Source: an uncultured Candidatus Saccharibacteria bacterium (GTDB lineage: Bacteria > Patescibacteriota > Dojkabacteria > SC72 > WJKH01). From it: a DNA stretch of 64,000 nt. Made by a program: the position numbers and the translations under genes. The notes beneath the pieces were generated by a model. That model ran no database searches. It worked only from the letters and a program-made list of their open reading frames with translations, and had not been told where the DNA came from. Below, one piece after another: positions 47,655 through 57,149 of the stretch. The first letter of the stretch is position 1; each line of letters opens with the position of its first letter. Location: assembly GCA_964602665.1 (NCBI GenBank), contig CAZRRH010000002.1, positions 62,171-126,170 of the forward strand, in the 5' to 3' direction.

Positions 47655-49902
47655 AAAAACATATACCACAATAATTCTTATCCTACTAATCATCCTCTCC
47701 ATCCTCAACCTTCTCCCACTTAACCACATATATTCTCAATATGACATCGCACAGCAAATTGTTCCACGCCAGATCTTAGAGCAAATATACCTGTGGTCAC
47801 AAAGAGATCTAGGTGCAATGGCAACATCTTACTCCTCACTCCAATACTATCTTCCTCTCACAATCATCCCTACCACGCTCCACACAGCATACTATTACCT
47901 CATATTCCTCATCCCAACATACCTTGGCATAACATACTACCTATCCCAAAATAAAACGCAAAAATTAAAAAACAAAACTTACCTGCTCTCTCTAGTCTAT
48001 ACCATCTCCTTCTTCCCAGTATACTCATTCTTCTATCAGGGAGGACATTTCCCATTTCATAACCTATACTCACTATTTCCACCAATATTCATCCTATACT
48101 ACTTATACATAAGCAAAACAGAAAAAGAGGAGGCAAAAAGCTATCAATTTAAAATTCAAAACTTAAAATTTAAAATTGATAATAATTTATTAATCCTCCT
48201 TGCCATTCTTTTTCTAACTAACATAGTCAACTCCAATATCCCGTATTTTTTCTCGCTTAACCTAGTTTTAATACTAATTGCAGTAGTTAATTACATCATC
48301 CTAAAATCACGCAAAGCGGTTCGTACAATACCTTACTTGTTCAAAATAGCTAAATTTTACATACTATATTTCTTAATTACCGTTTGGAGCACAGTGCCAC
48401 AAATAATACAGCATTTAAACACATATTCATCGTTTATGAGACAGCAAGAGCACTTTCCCATAGACCAATGGCTGTTTTGGCAGTCAATGAATTTCACAGA
48501 GAGCTTGACGATGTTTTGGGAGACTCGCAGATACCTGGATCAGATACCTCTAACTGTATATGGCGCACTGGCCATTACATTTCTAGCCTTTGTCGTTTTA
48601 ATCGCAACAAAAAAGAGAACAGCGATACTTACGATACTTTGGGCAACATATATATTTGTCATATTTTTAGCCAATAAAGGGGCATACTGGCTTCCGCAGC
48701 GTTGGACACTTGCCATTTTCAAGCTTCCATTTTTGGCACCAATAAGATCATATGATAAGACGCTAATTTTTATGCCATTTCTTTTGTTTGCGATAATATC
48801 TTACTATATCCTGACTGATTACGAGAAAAACAAGAGATTAAAGCAAGTCATGCTTGCAGTACTATGCATCTCACAGATAATCGCCTCATATCCACTATGG
48901 AGTGGCCAGTTAGTCACAAAGTACTCACAACAGCATGCTAAAGGTGAGGATTACACAACTGCAGAGTATTCGCCCGTTGTACAAATCCCACAAGATTATT
49001 ATGATGTAGCACAAATATTAAATGCCAAGTATGATAATGGTAGAAATCAATTCCGTGTTATGCGCTTGCCATATTCTGTAGTAAACTCGGCGGGTTGGGC
49101 TAACTACCCTAAGTGGAAAGTCAACAGCGCTGATCCTACAATACAGCTATTTGATATGCCTTCCGTTCAGCCACAGTCCTTTCCTGATGAAGCTTTTGGT
49201 TTGTGGAATTGGGGATTGGAGTGGAATGAGGATGATAAATCGCAGAGCATGTGGCTTCTTAATTTTATGACATTTACTAATAGTCGATATATTATTTATC
49301 ATAAAGATGTTAAGCCGGAGTTTATTGCTGATACGATTGACAAGATAAACTACTACAAAGAGCAGGGGTTGATAACGCAGATTTATAGTGGTGAGTATAT
49401 TGACGCTTATGAATTATCTCGGATTTACATTGGCGATCATTTTTATATCGCTGATAAAATCGAGTATTTTAGTGGCGACTACGATAATTATGCAAGCCGG
49501 CTTTACAATTTGAATGCTAACTCGGTTTTTATACATAGCGATAGAATTACACAAGAACAGTTAGTTTCGCTATATAATATTAAAAAATCAGATGCACAAA
49601 TAAGCTATGAGTATATTAGCCCGATAAAATATAAAATAACCGTAAAAAATGCGACAGAGCCGTTCGTTTTGGTTATGCGAGAGGGTTATCACAAAGGCTG
49701 GAGGCTTACTGGTGCAAGCTGTGATCATATATTTGCAAATGGTTTTGCTAATGGATGGATAATTGATCCTGGTGATAGCGATGAGCTTGACTTAACTCTC
49801 TATTTTATACCGCAAACATTATACTGGGTTACTTTTGCTATATCCTCTTTGACTTTTTTATGGGTTTTATATATGATAATCATGATTAAAAAAAAGAAAT
49901 GA
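47632..49902 (+). CDS. YfhO-like GT-C fold membrane glycosyltransferase, tandem paralog
   Basis: 756 aa with the same topology as 45390..47654. Its 5' third has unusual G-depleted codons, and an in-frame repeat-family copy lies at 48156-48187. Confidence 0.45.
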   Translation: MNLKTKSKKTYTTIILILLIILSILNLLPLNHIYSQYDIAQQIVPRQILEQIYLWSQRDLGAMATSYSSLQYYLPLTIIPTTLHTAYYYLIFLIPTYLGITYYLSQNKTQKLKNKTYLLSLVYTISFFPVYSFFYQGGHFPFHNLYSLFPPIFILYYLYISKTEKEEAKSYQFKIQNLKFKIDNNLLILLAILFLTNIVNSNIPYFFSLNLVLILIAVVNYIILKSRKAVRTIPYLFKIAKFYILYFLITVWSTVPQIIQHLNTYSSFMRQQEHFPIDQWLFWQSMNFTESLTMFWETRRYLDQIPLTVYGALAITFLAFVVLIATKKRTAILTILWATYIFVIFLANKGAYWLPQRWTLAIFKLPFLAPIRSYDKTLIFMPFLLFAIISYYILTDYEKNKRLKQVMLAVLCISQIIASYPLWSGQLVTKYSQQHAKGEDYTTAEYSPVVQIPQDYYDVAQILNAKYDNGRNQFRVMRLPYSVVNSAGWANYPKWKVNSADPTIQLFDMPSVQPQSFPDEAFGLWNWGLEWNEDDKSQSMWLLNFMTFTNSRYIIYHKDVKPEFIADTIDKINYYKEQGLITQIYSGEYIDAYELSRIYIGDHFYIADKIEYFSGDYDNYASRLYNLNANSVFIHSDRITQEQLVSLYNIKKSDAQISYEYISPIKYKITVKNATEPFVLVMREGYHKGWRLTGASCDHIFANGFANGWIIDPGDSDELDLTLYFIPQTLYWVTFAISSLTFLWVLYMIIMIKKKK
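48156..48187. repeat. in-frame copy of the A/T-rich repeat family inside the 47632 CDS (AATTTAAAATTCAAAACTTAAAATTTAAAATTG)
   Basis: It encodes YQFKIQNLKFKIDNNL within the ORF. The motif matches the arrays at 35590-35680. Confidence 0.5.
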
Positions 49903-52049
49903 AAAAAAAGATACTACTAACAGTCCTTGTTACAAGCGCTATATCAGCACTCCTTCTAGCTTTGTCATCGTATATGAGCAAAGACTTGCAGGTCAAGCCA
50001 ATTGATTCGCTCGATCAGCTGTATTTATCTAAGTATATTTCTCAAGGTAGTGCAGGACTAAGTGTGTCGACTACAGATCAAAACGCAGATAAACTTGTCC
50101 CATACACCAAGGAGTCTTATGTATCAGCACAAACCGCACAAAACACTCCTTATTCTAATTATAAATATGAGGGCGCGTATTTACCAAAAGAATCGTATTA
50201 TAAAAGGTTAGATTTCTCAGAGTATTATGGCCTTAAAACGGTTATATCCCTTTGTAAAGACGAGTATTTTTACACATCAGAGGTTGGAGAGGAATTTATT
50301 ACTCACAATCAGTCAAGAGATCATGAATATCTTCTTAACCGCAAATTAAGCGATATTGCAAAATGCAATGTCTCGGTACTTAAGTTTGATGATACAAATC
50401 TACTTCAAAATCTCCAAACCAGTAAAGATTTTCCTGCTGTTTTAAGTGATCACAGACTGGCACTCTCAAGCGAGAGAAGTTACACTATTGATGAGAATGG
50501 GCAAGCAGGTATATTGATAGAAGTTAAGGAAAAACCAGCATATTATGCTCAAAGATATCTTGCTACGATAAAACCATTTGACGATTATCTTCTTGAGTTT
50601 AAGTATCAAGCGCATGACACCCTAAATCTTCGTTATGGAGTTAGATTATTTACACAAAAGTATCTTGATAGACAAACCGCAATGGAGCAAGAAGATTATG
50701 ATCCTATTGCCTGGAGTGATATTGACAATGAGTACACTGAATACTATTTTGACATTGCAAATGAGCAGTCGCATTTATTACAGCAGGTCGTTTCGACAAA
50801 CTTAGAAGATGTCATCGGAGTAGAGGTGATATATTATGCTGATTCGTGTACAAATGCCAGATATTCTTTTGGGATGCCTTCTCTCTACTCTTTGGTTTCA
50901 CAAGATAGTATTGATGAATATAAACAGGAATACTCTTTGTTGGCTGAACTTGTAAAAGTAGATTTACCTGCTAAATTGCCTGTATCCGAATTGGAATCTC
51001 CGTTTTATATTCTCAATAAGTCTGTGCAGTCAGAAGATGGCATATATACTACAGATGTCTACATAGCTAGTAATGACTATGCTCTGTATTTACTTGAGTT
51101 TGATGGCAAAGCATATACTATTACTGGTGAATTTGGCGAAATGGTGGTTGAAGATTATGATTGTGGTAAGGTTGTTATTGGCGATATAGCACTTGGCAAG
51201 ATAATGAATTTATCATTAAAGAGCGATAAGCCGGTTGATAGCATATCTTTGGAAAAGGCTACCTTTTACGATCCTTCATATTCAGAAACGCTTTTCAAAC
51301 TTGATAAAACTCAGTTTACAAGTGGCGATTATAAGTTAGTTCTATTAGAGAAACCTTATTCTCTCAAATATTATATAGCGGATTCTGATTATTATCATTA
51401 TATGACAAATGGTAATCAGAACTTATTTCTAATAAATAGTGATATAACTATATACCCCATAGGGTATAAAACAGCCGAAAGTATTAGAATATTGGCCTTT
51501 TTGATTATACCCATAGGGGTATTTATTATGCTTGTTTATCTTAACCGGTCTAAAATCGTTGGAATCTATAAAAAGATTAATAAATCTTATATCTATATAA
51601 ACACGCTTTTTTCAAGGAAGATTAGTATTCCACTGCTTAAATTCGTTTTTGACTCAAAGGAGATAAAATATAAGCATATTTTTGATACCAAAAGCAAATT
51701 TTGGGGTGAAATTGACATGATAATTGAGAAGATTGTTACTGATGTTATTAACAAGCCACTTGGGCTGATTTTTATCGTTGCAGGATGTATTCCTTTGATA
51801 TTTGCCCTATCTATACCTCTTAAATCTATTGCTATTCTGATCGTTTTCGCAATTATGTTGATTTGGCTTCTTTACGGATGGGATAGTAGGGTTTTGGGTC
51901 TTGTAGCGTTGATTTTTTTGTGTGCAGTGCCTGTTTTGCTGATTCTTAAAAAAGATGGCTATGCTGAAGGTTTTGCCATTATGGTCTACTTTTTCCTTGT
52001 TGCTAATGTCGCCGTGCAGGTTAAAGAAGGCCTAGAGCATAAGCAGTAG
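49899..52049 (+). CDS. large membrane protein (N-terminal anchor, about 500-aa extracytoplasmic domain, C-terminal polytopic domain), unknown function
   Basis: 716 aa with N-terminal TM and signal and about six C-terminal TM helices. Composition resembles the higher-GC patch. Confidence 0.4.
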   Translation: MKKKILLTVLVTSAISALLLALSSYMSKDLQVKPIDSLDQLYLSKYISQGSAGLSVSTTDQNADKLVPYTKESYVSAQTAQNTPYSNYKYEGAYLPKESYYKRLDFSEYYGLKTVISLCKDEYFYTSEVGEEFITHNQSRDHEYLLNRKLSDIAKCNVSVLKFDDTNLLQNLQTSKDFPAVLSDHRLALSSERSYTIDENGQAGILIEVKEKPAYYAQRYLATIKPFDDYLLEFKYQAHDTLNLRYGVRLFTQKYLDRQTAMEQEDYDPIAWSDIDNEYTEYYFDIANEQSHLLQQVVSTNLEDVIGVEVIYYADSCTNARYSFGMPSLYSLVSQDSIDEYKQEYSLLAELVKVDLPAKLPVSELESPFYILNKSVQSEDGIYTTDVYIASNDYALYLLEFDGKAYTITGEFGEMVVEDYDCGKVVIGDIALGKIMNLSLKSDKPVDSISLEKATFYDPSYSETLFKLDKTQFTSGDYKLVLLEKPYSLKYYIADSDYYHYMTNGNQNLFLINSDITIYPIGYKTAESIRILAFLIIPIGVFIMLVYLNRSKIVGIYKKINKSYIYINTLFSRKISIPLLKFVFDSKEIKYKHIFDTKSKFWGEIDMIIEKIVTDVINKPLGLIFIVAGCIPLIFALSIPLKSIAILIVFAIMLIWLLYGWDSRVLGLVALIFLCAVPVLLILKKDGYAEGFAIMVYFFLVANVAVQVKEGLEHKQ

Positions 52050-52052
52050 TGA

Positions 52053-52337
52053 TTAATATATAGGTGAATGACAAATTTCCATGACTATTGTGTTATCATC
52101 TGTCGGGGGTGTAAATGTTATGGTATTTTTTTGGCCGTTTTTTCCAAATATAACGGAGAAGCCCTCTACATGGATAGTGAATGGAGTTAGTTCATCAGCT
52201 TGTATTTGGAGAGATGCTTTGGCGGGCTCGTAAATTCCTGTTGCTCCATTAAGATTATCTGTAGTTATTTTCCCTACGATATGGGATTGATTTAGAACTT
52301 CAGACGATCCTTTAGGTAGTCCATTAAACATTGTCAT
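52053..52337 (-). CDS. small hypothetical protein (higher-GC patch)
   Basis: 94 aa with no TM and atypical Gly/Thr/Pro-rich composition for this genome. It may be the 3' fragment of a split gene together with 52387..52734. Confidence 0.3.
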   Translation of the reverse strand: MTMFNGLPKGSSEVLNQSHIVGKITTDNLNGATGIYEPAKASLQIQADELTPFTIHVEGFSVIFGKNGQKNTITFTPPTDDNTIVMEICHSPIY

Positions 52338-52386
52338 ATTTTAATTATATCATAAGGCTGGCTGTATGTCAAGTGATTGCATTACT

Positions 52387-52734
52387 TCAATTAATATTTG
52401 AATCGCAAATATTTGTTAATGAGAACAATGGCGGCCCTTCTTGTGGACGAATACTTACTGTTGATGGTTCTTTAGCGTATGAAAAGGTCTCGCAAATGTA
52501 TCCGGCTAAGTCTAATGCTACTCCTCTTGCTGTTGTTGGACCAAGCGGCGTTAAGTATAGCTGTTGTAATTCTGAGTCAAAATAAGCGGCTACGGGAATT
52601 TCTTTAACAGTTGTTCCTGGGCCTTTTTCATTAGCACAAAGTTGTTGAAAACTAGCTGTAAAAAAGCCTACAGGTAAAACAACATTCCATGGTATATTTG
52701 ATTCAAATTTTGCCCTATTATTTCCGTCTTCCAT
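52387..52734 (-). CDS. small hypothetical protein (higher-GC patch)
   Basis: 115 aa, co-directional with and upstream of 52053..52337 in a different frame. No motif recognised. Confidence 0.3.
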   Translation of the reverse strand: MEDGNNRAKFESNIPWNVVLPVGFFTASFQQLCANEKGPGTTVKEIPVAAYFDSELQQLYLTPLGPTTARGVALDLAGYICETFSYAKEPSTVSIRPQEGPPLFSLTNICDSNIN

Positions 52735-52804
52735 GTTATCATTATATCATATCAAGGCCAAAAAGACAAGATATGTAATTAGGTAATAATAACATATTGT
52801 TAGG

Positions 52805-54253
52805 CTACTCTCTAGAGATAAACGCCTTAAAAATATAAGCAGAGTCGTCTTCAATGCAAACAGAAAAAATATTGTTGGAGAAGGCATCTTGGCAATCAGT
52901 AAATGGCTGATTAATGCTGTCATCTTGATTGCTTTCAAAGTTGTAAAATCTCAAAATAATGCTTGTAAGTTTATCGTTGGTATAGCTTTTGCTAACGCCC
53001 TTATCGGCAATAAATTCTATAACATCAGTAGTCTTATTGTAATCAAGCCTATATTTAGCTATCATCACTGAGCTATTTATGATAGATAAACCAATTGCAC
53101 AGACAATAACTAAATAGTAAATTTTCTTAAATCTCGCAATAACAAAGCTTAATATAGCAAAAACCATTACAGGAATAAAATATCTTCCAGGGTCAACGCT
53201 ATTATATAAATCAAAATATATCATATATATTGTCCCAAAGGTTAGAATTGACAGTGATGAAATTATGATAGTTAAGGCAGTTTTTTTGTCTTTTTTGAGG
53301 TTTTCGACAAGGCTAATGGCAAGAAGTACTGTTAGGATACCAAAAATTATAACATTGCTCAAATAGAAAGCGGTAAGAAGCCAACTTGGTACACTACCCA
53401 GTGTTGACAATTTATCAAGCGATGCAAACTCCCAAAAATACTCAAAACTTTGTTTTAATTGAGGTAAAAAGCGATCAAATCCGATAAATTTAAGTCTTAT
53501 ACTCTGACTTAGATCATTTGTACCTACATTTACATCTTGTACTGAGCCGTTTTTAGCAAACCAAGGAATATACCCTGCGATGCCAATCATTGTTGACAAT
53601 CCAAAGATCATAATATGCTTTATTTTAAACCAGTTTTTATATAGAAAGAGCAAGCAAAGTGATGGTAAAGCAAGAAATCCGGTTGGTTTTGTCATGAGCA
53701 TAAGCCAAATGATTAGTGCGAGCTTGATAAAAGATTTAGTATCTGGCTTAAAGCTATATACCACGCAAAGTGAAATAGAAAACAGCATCGCAAAAAGCAT
53801 GTCATTATGTATAGAAGCGCTCATTAAAATGCTCCAAGAAGTAAAAGAGGTTATCAAAATGGCAAATTTGCTTGCTTTATCGCTTATACCAATTAATCTT
53901 AAGAATTTATGCGAAAAATACGCCCAGCCCGTGAAAAAAAGCAGGTTAAGAAGTTTGATAAAAAAAGTGGCTGTAATAAATGGAAGTAAGCCCAGAAAAG
54001 GTGCTATTATAGCGATATAAAGTGGAGGATACCAAAAACTTAAATCAAGTTCTAGTAATTTGAAAGCAGATGGGATATAATTATCAATACCATCGGTAAA
54101 TAGCGTCGGTGGTGCTATAATAATTAAAATAAGGCGAAGAAGTAACGCAAGAAGAAAGCCGATTTTAAACCAATTCTTTTTTAGAAATATGCTAATATCT
54201 GTTATCACGCCAGTATATAAAGGAGAGAAGTTATTAGTACAGGATTTTACCAA
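52805..54253 (-). CDS. GT-C fold membrane glycosyltransferase (ArnT/PMT-like, polyprenyl-phosphate-sugar dependent)
   Basis: 482 aa with about 12 TM helices. The first loop resembles the PMT_2 pattern (YPPLYIAIIAPFLGLLPF). It lies divergent to a GtrB-like GT2. Its TTG start overlaps the neighbour's start, so the start is uncertain. Confidence 0.45.
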   Translation of the reverse strand: MVKSCTNNFSPLYTGVITDISIFLKKNWFKIGFLLALLLRLILIIIAPPTLFTDGIDNYIPSAFKLLELDLSFWYPPLYIAIIAPFLGLLPFITATFFIKLLNLLFFTGWAYFSHKFLRLIGISDKASKFAILITSFTSWSILMSASIHNDMLFAMLFSISLCVVYSFKPDTKSFIKLALIIWLMLMTKPTGFLALPSLCLLFLYKNWFKIKHIMIFGLSTMIGIAGYIPWFAKNGSVQDVNVGTNDLSQSIRLKFIGFDRFLPQLKQSFEYFWEFASLDKLSTLGSVPSWLLTAFYLSNVIIFGILTVLLAISLVENLKKDKKTALTIIISSLSILTFGTIYMIYFDLYNSVDPGRYFIPVMVFAILSFVIARFKKIYYLVIVCAIGLSIINSSVMIAKYRLDYNKTTDVIEFIADKGVSKSYTNDKLTSIILRFYNFESNQDDSINQPFTDCQDAFSNNIFSVCIEDDSAYIFKAFISRE

Positions 54254-54890
54254 GAAATATAAGTATTTGCAATCAAGGTTTGGTGAGGGTAATTTTGAGA
54301 TGATTTATGTGTTTGATGGAGCATTACAAAATAACCCCAAAAAGCTACTAGATTTAAAGAATAAGTCGTTAAGAGTTGTTTTTAGAGCTGAAAATAAAGG
54401 CAAAGGATTCTCTGTTAAGGAGGGGTTCTCATTGGCCAAAGGAAAATTTCTATGCTTTATAGATTTTGATCCTGAGGTTCCTGTCAAATTCATTGGAGAT
54501 ATGTATGATGCTTTGATTAATAGCAATGCAGACTTTTGTATCGGTAACAGATTTGACAAAAAATCAATATATAAAACAGATCTTGTCCGTAAGAGCCTAT
54601 CAAGAGGCTATTTGGCGTTTAATAAAATGTTATTTGGGTCAAAATTCCCAGATAGTCAAGCGGGTATTAAAATGATAAGAAAAGACGGATATGATAAGAT
54701 TAAAAAAGATCTGACTGTAGATGGCTTTGCTTTTGATATTGAGCTAATAGAATCAGCTTTACACAGAGGATTAAAACTTGTTACTATACCAATCGAGTAT
54801 ATCCGAGAGGATAATATAAGCACAATTAAGCCAATAACGCCAATAAATATGGCCAAAGAGTCTGTAAAGATATGGAAAAAATCTTATTAA
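54189..54890 (+). CDS. GT2 polyprenyl-phosphate glycosyltransferase (DPM1/GtrB-like, soluble)
   Basis: Motifs MLISVITPVYKGEK, FIDFDPEV and QAGIKMIRKD. Confidence 0.65.
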   Translation: MLISVITPVYKGEKLLVQDFTKKYKYLQSRFGEGNFEMIYVFDGALQNNPKKLLDLKNKSLRVVFRAENKGKGFSVKEGFSLAKGKFLCFIDFDPEVPVKFIGDMYDALINSNADFCIGNRFDKKSIYKTDLVRKSLSRGYLAFNKMLFGSKFPDSQAGIKMIRKDGYDKIKKDLTVDGFAFDIELIESALHRGLKLVTIPIEYIREDNISTIKPITPINMAKESVKIWKKSY

Positions 54891-56041
54891 TAACAAAAAT
54901 CCCTTATCAAAACAAAGATCTTGATGGAATTGGAAGATACTCGCAAAACATTGTAAAAGGGTTTAAAAACACAAAGTTTATTATTATCGCCCAGAAAAGT
55001 GACGATAAGGTATCTGAAGATAAAGATATACATCGTGTGCTTGATATAAAAAGGCCATATCTTCTATGGACCAAAATTCCTTACATAATAAGGGTCGCAA
55101 AAAGAAGAAAAGTTCACCTCATGCATATACAATACGAGTTTTTCTCTTACGGGAGCGCTGTATGGGGTGCTGTATTTATTTATTTGCTTGGCATAAGCGC
55201 AAAAGTTTGTGGGATTAAGGCTGTTATGACTGTCCATCAGGTACCAACCCAAGATGAGATCAAAGAGATAATGGGAAGCGAGAGAACCGAGCTGTTTTTC
55301 TTTATAAAACAGTTTTATCAGCAGTGCGGTTATTTATACGAGATGATTGTACATGAGAAGGTGCTCGCTGATCGTCTTGTCAATGAATATAGGATAGCAC
55401 GCAGGAAAATTGTTGTAATAAATCATCCAATTCCGCAAAACAAAAAAATTCTGACAAAAACCAAATTCTCAAATGAGCAAATTATAAAGCAATATCAGGG
55501 TTATGAACGCAAAATTCTCTTTTTTGGATACTTATCATATTATAAAGGAATTGATCTTTTTATTGAGAGCATACTTTCTCTGCCTAAAAAAGATCTTAAC
55601 CGTACTGGAGTACTTATTGTTGGTGGATATAATCTACGCGATCAGAAAAAACCTGCTTATAAAAGCTGGATTGATGGTCTGAAAGCTAAAACAGCAAATA
55701 TCCCAAGTATCATGTGGTACGGATTTGCAAAAGATGAAGAAATCGATAATATATTCTCATTGTCAGATGCTCTGGTTTTATCTTATCGAAGCTGTTTTTC
55801 ATCAAGTGGGCCTTTTAGTTTTGCTGTCTCAAATGAGATCCCTGTTATTGTCTCAGAAAAGATGGTTTATCTGGAAGAGCTTGGTTATCCAGTTTTTGAC
55901 AACAGCAATTTTAATAAGATATTAGATGAAGTGATTAGCAAAAAAGAGAAATATGCTCAGCTTGCCCGCAAAATTAAAAAAGATCGAAGCTTAGTTAATA
56001 TGGAGCGCAAATTTCATGAAAATTTTATTAGGCGTACCTGA
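54872..56041 (+). CDS. GT-B (GT4-like) glycosyltransferase; module B gene 1
   Basis: The C-terminal half is FGYLSYYKGIDLFIESI. Distant paralog of 40375..41559. Confidence 0.5.
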   Translation: MEKILLITKIPYQNKDLDGIGRYSQNIVKGFKNTKFIIIAQKSDDKVSEDKDIHRVLDIKRPYLLWTKIPYIIRVAKRRKVHLMHIQYEFFSYGSAVWGAVFIYLLGISAKVCGIKAVMTVHQVPTQDEIKEIMGSERTELFFFIKQFYQQCGYLYEMIVHEKVLADRLVNEYRIARRKIVVINHPIPQNKKILTKTKFSNEQIIKQYQGYERKILFFGYLSYYKGIDLFIESILSLPKKDLNRTGVLIVGGYNLRDQKKPAYKSWIDGLKAKTANIPSIMWYGFAKDEEIDNIFSLSDALVLSYRSCFSSSGPFSFAVSNEIPVIVSEKMVYLEELGYPVFDNSNFNKILDEVISKKEKYAQLARKIKKDRSLVNMERKFHENFIRRT

Positions 56042-57149
56042 GTATCCTCCGTATAACATTGGTGGTGGTGGCTTAGTATATGAAGCACTAGCTAATCATT
56101 ATCGTGATTTGGGACATGATGTTACAGTTCTATACGGTTTTTATCCAACAAAGAGCATATTTGACAGGACTAAGAGTTATACAGATAAAAAGATAAAATT
56201 TCATCAAATTCCGCTTATCCCGTATCCTAAAAAGATGCCTTTTTTACGTGGTGTGATGCCACCGAATCTTGCAGGCTTTATTAAAATGGTAAGAGTTGTT
56301 ATAAAGCAAAGACCTGATGTTGTCCATTTGCATGGATACGGTCAAGTTTTTGTAAACATGCTTGCGATTTTCTTAAAACTGTTAAAAATCCCTTATCTAT
56401 TAACATTTCATGGGTATAGTGATACTCAAAACAGTGCAGGTAAATTAGTAAAAATATTGTGGAACATATACGACAAATTGTTTAATAGTTTCACGATTAG
56501 AGGCGCGAGAAGGATTACATGTATTAGTAAATTTATTTGTGACGACAAACGAAATATCGGTAAAAGCAAGTCAGTCGTGATAAATAACGGTTTTGATTTT
56601 AGCATATATGACAACATAAAAACTGAAATTGATATTAAAAAGAAACATAATCTGCCTCAGAATGCAACAACAATCTTATCAATCGGTAGGATAAGCAAAA
56701 TGAAGGGCTTCCAATTAGTTGTAGAAAAACTTCCTGAGCTTATAAAAAACGGTTTAAATCCTTACTATTTTATAATGGGCGATGACGATGGTTATAGAGA
56801 TGAATTAGAAAATTTAATAAAGGAAGAAAAAGTACAAGATAGAGTTATCTTCTTGGGGTTTATGGGACCCAAAGATAAAAAAGTATACTTGGAGCAGTGT
56901 GATATCTTTGCGGCAGTGTCTTTATGGGAGCCGTTTGGGCTTATGGTTCTTGAGGCAATGTATTTTGGCAAACATATCTGGTCATCAGAAGTAGGCGGAA
57001 TCGGCGAATTATTGGCGGACTACAAATATAAAACAGTAATTGACAAGATCCCACGGATTGACAAACGAGAGTATAAATACGATATGAGTAAATACAAATG
57101 GGATAATATTGCAAAAGAATATATTAAATTATTACAAGAGATTTCTTAA
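56016..57149 (+). CDS. GT4 glycosyltransferase; module B gene 2
   Basis: The N-terminus is MKILLGVPEYPPYNIGGGG. Other motifs are GRISKMKGFQLV and EPFGLMVLEA. Confidence 0.7.
   Translation: MKILLGVPEYPPYNIGGGGLVYEALANHYRDLGHDVTVLYGFYPTKSIFDRTKSYTDKKIKFHQIPLIPYPKKMPFLRGVMPPNLAGFIKMVRVVIKQRPDVVHLHGYGQVFVNMLAIFLKLLKIPYLLTFHGYSDTQNSAGKLVKILWNIYDKLFNSFTIRGARRITCISKFICDDKRNIGKSKSVVINNGFDFSIYDNIKTEIDIKKKHNLPQNATTILSIGRISKMKGFQLVVEKLPELIKNGLNPYYFIMGDDDGYRDELENLIKEEKVQDRVIFLGFMGPKDKKVYLEQCDIFAAVSLWEPFGLMVLEAMYFGKHIWSSEVGGIGELLADYKYKTVIDKIPRIDKREYKYDMSKYKWDNIAKEYIKLLQEIS

Noticed and set aside
52331-52585. Plus-strand 84-aa ORF across the higher-GC small-ORF region
   Set aside because: It overlaps two co-oriented minus-strand ORFs. 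None has support, so I kept the minus-strand pair only at low confidence and noted a possible disrupted gene.
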